This document shows, piece by piece, positions 62,481 through 64,000 of a stretch of 64,000 nt of DNA (the stretch's first letter is position 1; every line of letters starts with the position of its first letter). The stretch covers positions 69,380,001 through 69,444,000 of the forward strand of contig NC_087437.1 of assembly GCF_036321535.1 (NCBI RefSeq), read 5' to 3'. The notes below the pieces were generated by a model, which ran no database searches, had not been told where the DNA came from, and saw only the letters and a program-made list of their open reading frames with translations. This stretch comes from Camelus dromedarius (lineage: Eukaryota). Made by a program: the position numbers and the translations under genes.

Positions 62481-63705
62481 ATGAGGAAGGATTTTGAAAT
62501 AACAGGGTTTAAAATGGGCTATCACAAGCAGAAACTCTATAAGTACTAGTTAAGAATGGAGAATAGGCTATGATCGCTATGCTCCCTCCCTCATCTGAGA
62601 TTCTGTGGAATGACTCTTCCAATCCTTAAAGCAGATCCAGTAGGCTACTACTTGGAAATAATTTATGAGCCAGAAGTAGTTTACTTAACATATGCTCAAG
62701 TAGTGAAATTGCATTTCTTTATTATATTTTGCAATTTGATTTTGACCCAGTCAGCAAGTTTCTCTTCTCTCCAAATTAGTAATTTTTATTATACTATTAC
62801 ATGCTCATATTTTTTCTTTTTATTTTAAAACTTGCTTCTAACATTTTGGGGTCAAATTAAAACTGCTTGTTCCAACCTCTCTTAGGGCATTTTCCAGCCC
62901 TTGAGGTAGATAGCAATACGGCTTTTTTTAATCACATCTTTAATCATTCTGACTTCTGTAACTATGCATCACTTATCATCAAGCTCCTTTTCTTGGCCCT
63001 CAGTGCTCTTTGACCCCTTCTCTCATCTCTAGCTTTTCTTTGGCCTGACTTTCCTATTGATAACAGAAGGACCATTTTCACTTTTCTTTCTGCTGCCATG
63101 TAGTTGGTATTTGAATTATTTCACCTAAAGCATTCATTAGCAGTAAAAAAGAACAAATAACGAAAGAGAAAAAGAAAAAGAAAAGAAAACATAGTACTGC
63201 TGAAAAATACTTTATTCTTGAGGATTATAAAAAGTTCTTTAAACCAAGTGTCCAAGGATATTTAAGTCAACAGGTACAGATGTTACACTTAATTAGCAAA
63301 CAATAGCTAGTCTCTTCTAGAGGAGAATAACTAGCTATTTTATGAATTAAAGATCTATTTATACATTGGGAATTTAAAAAGCAATTTGTTGACTTAAATA
63401 AACTCTTCAATAAACTTGGTATCTTGTGTTAGATTAATTGAAAGTGATGACTAAGTTCAGGCCCTGCTGTGGAAGCGAGTGTGTGAAATTCTAACACACT
63501 CATCAGGTCAGAAGAGTGTAATTTATTAATTAAAGCACACTCAGTGGCCTTAGTGAAGTCTGTATACTTTTGAATCAGCATTGTACATTGATTCCAGCAT
63601 TTTATAAGTCATCTAATAATTGCACATATTAATTGCAGCCAGATTAATGAATGTAGTTATTGCTGTTTTATACGTACCCTGAGTAATAGTCAATGCTGTA
63701 GTTGT

Positions 63706-63750
63706 TTCAATATATATATATATTCAATATATATTCAATATATATATACA
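63706..63750. repeat. Tandem TTCAA(TA)n, three units
   Basis: TTCAA(TA)6, TTCAA(TA)3, TTCAA(TA)5 read directly. Confidence 0.85.
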
Positions 63751-64000
63751 TGTATATTTGGTAGTGTTGTGGATATATCTCTCAGCTGCTAAAGGCAGTA
63801 TATGTATAAGAAATGCTTCTAGTCACCCAGAGAGCCCCCTCTTTGAGAAAAAAAGATATTTATTCAAGAGCCCTATCAAAAAAGAAGTGCATCACCATCA
63901 CGGCAAAGTCTCCGTCCCTGAGATCTTGCCAAGGAACAGTACATATTCAGATAAATGAACCACTGAATGCTGTCTGTAATAGCAACAGCTGGCACCTCAC

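Noticed and set aside
1..64000. CRISPR array, prokaryotic operon, tRNA/rRNA/snRNA genes, processed pseudogene or foreign insert
   Set aside because: No regularly spaced repeats, long coding frames, recognisable structural RNA or compositional discontinuity were seen; the sequence is consistently mammalian non-coding DNA.

Overview
This is a eukaryotic, AT-rich, CpG-depleted mammalian non-coding window (intronic or intergenic). I found no credible protein-coding exon, RNA gene, CpG island or CRISPR-like array. The supplied ORFs are chance ORFs, microsatellite translations or decayed LINE ORF2 fragments. The window is a mosaic of ancient eutherian repeats (MIR, L2, CR1/L3, old L1M, MLT1 and other LTRs, hAT-Charlie MITEs such as MER3/MER5/MER103) and microsatellites. 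It also holds several short, younger, 5'-truncated L1 3' ends whose sequence I recall from camelid (alpaca/camel) genomes. No Alu, B1/B2, Bov-tA/CHR, PRE-1 or carnivore SINEs are evident, so Camelidae is an inference, not a database result. The most informative observations are: three young L1 insertions with readable target-site duplications, all inside L2 remnants; two atypical L1 fragments; all young L1 pieces lying on the minus strand, hinting at a + strand host transcript; nested insertions giving relative ages; three CR1/L3 fossils; a solo ERV LTR; a ~67-bp imperfect palindrome in unique DNA; and a few enhancer-like or G-quadruplex segments. I could not support a novel biological system. 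Subfamily names come from recalled consensus motifs, and boundaries are approximate unless a TSD is given.
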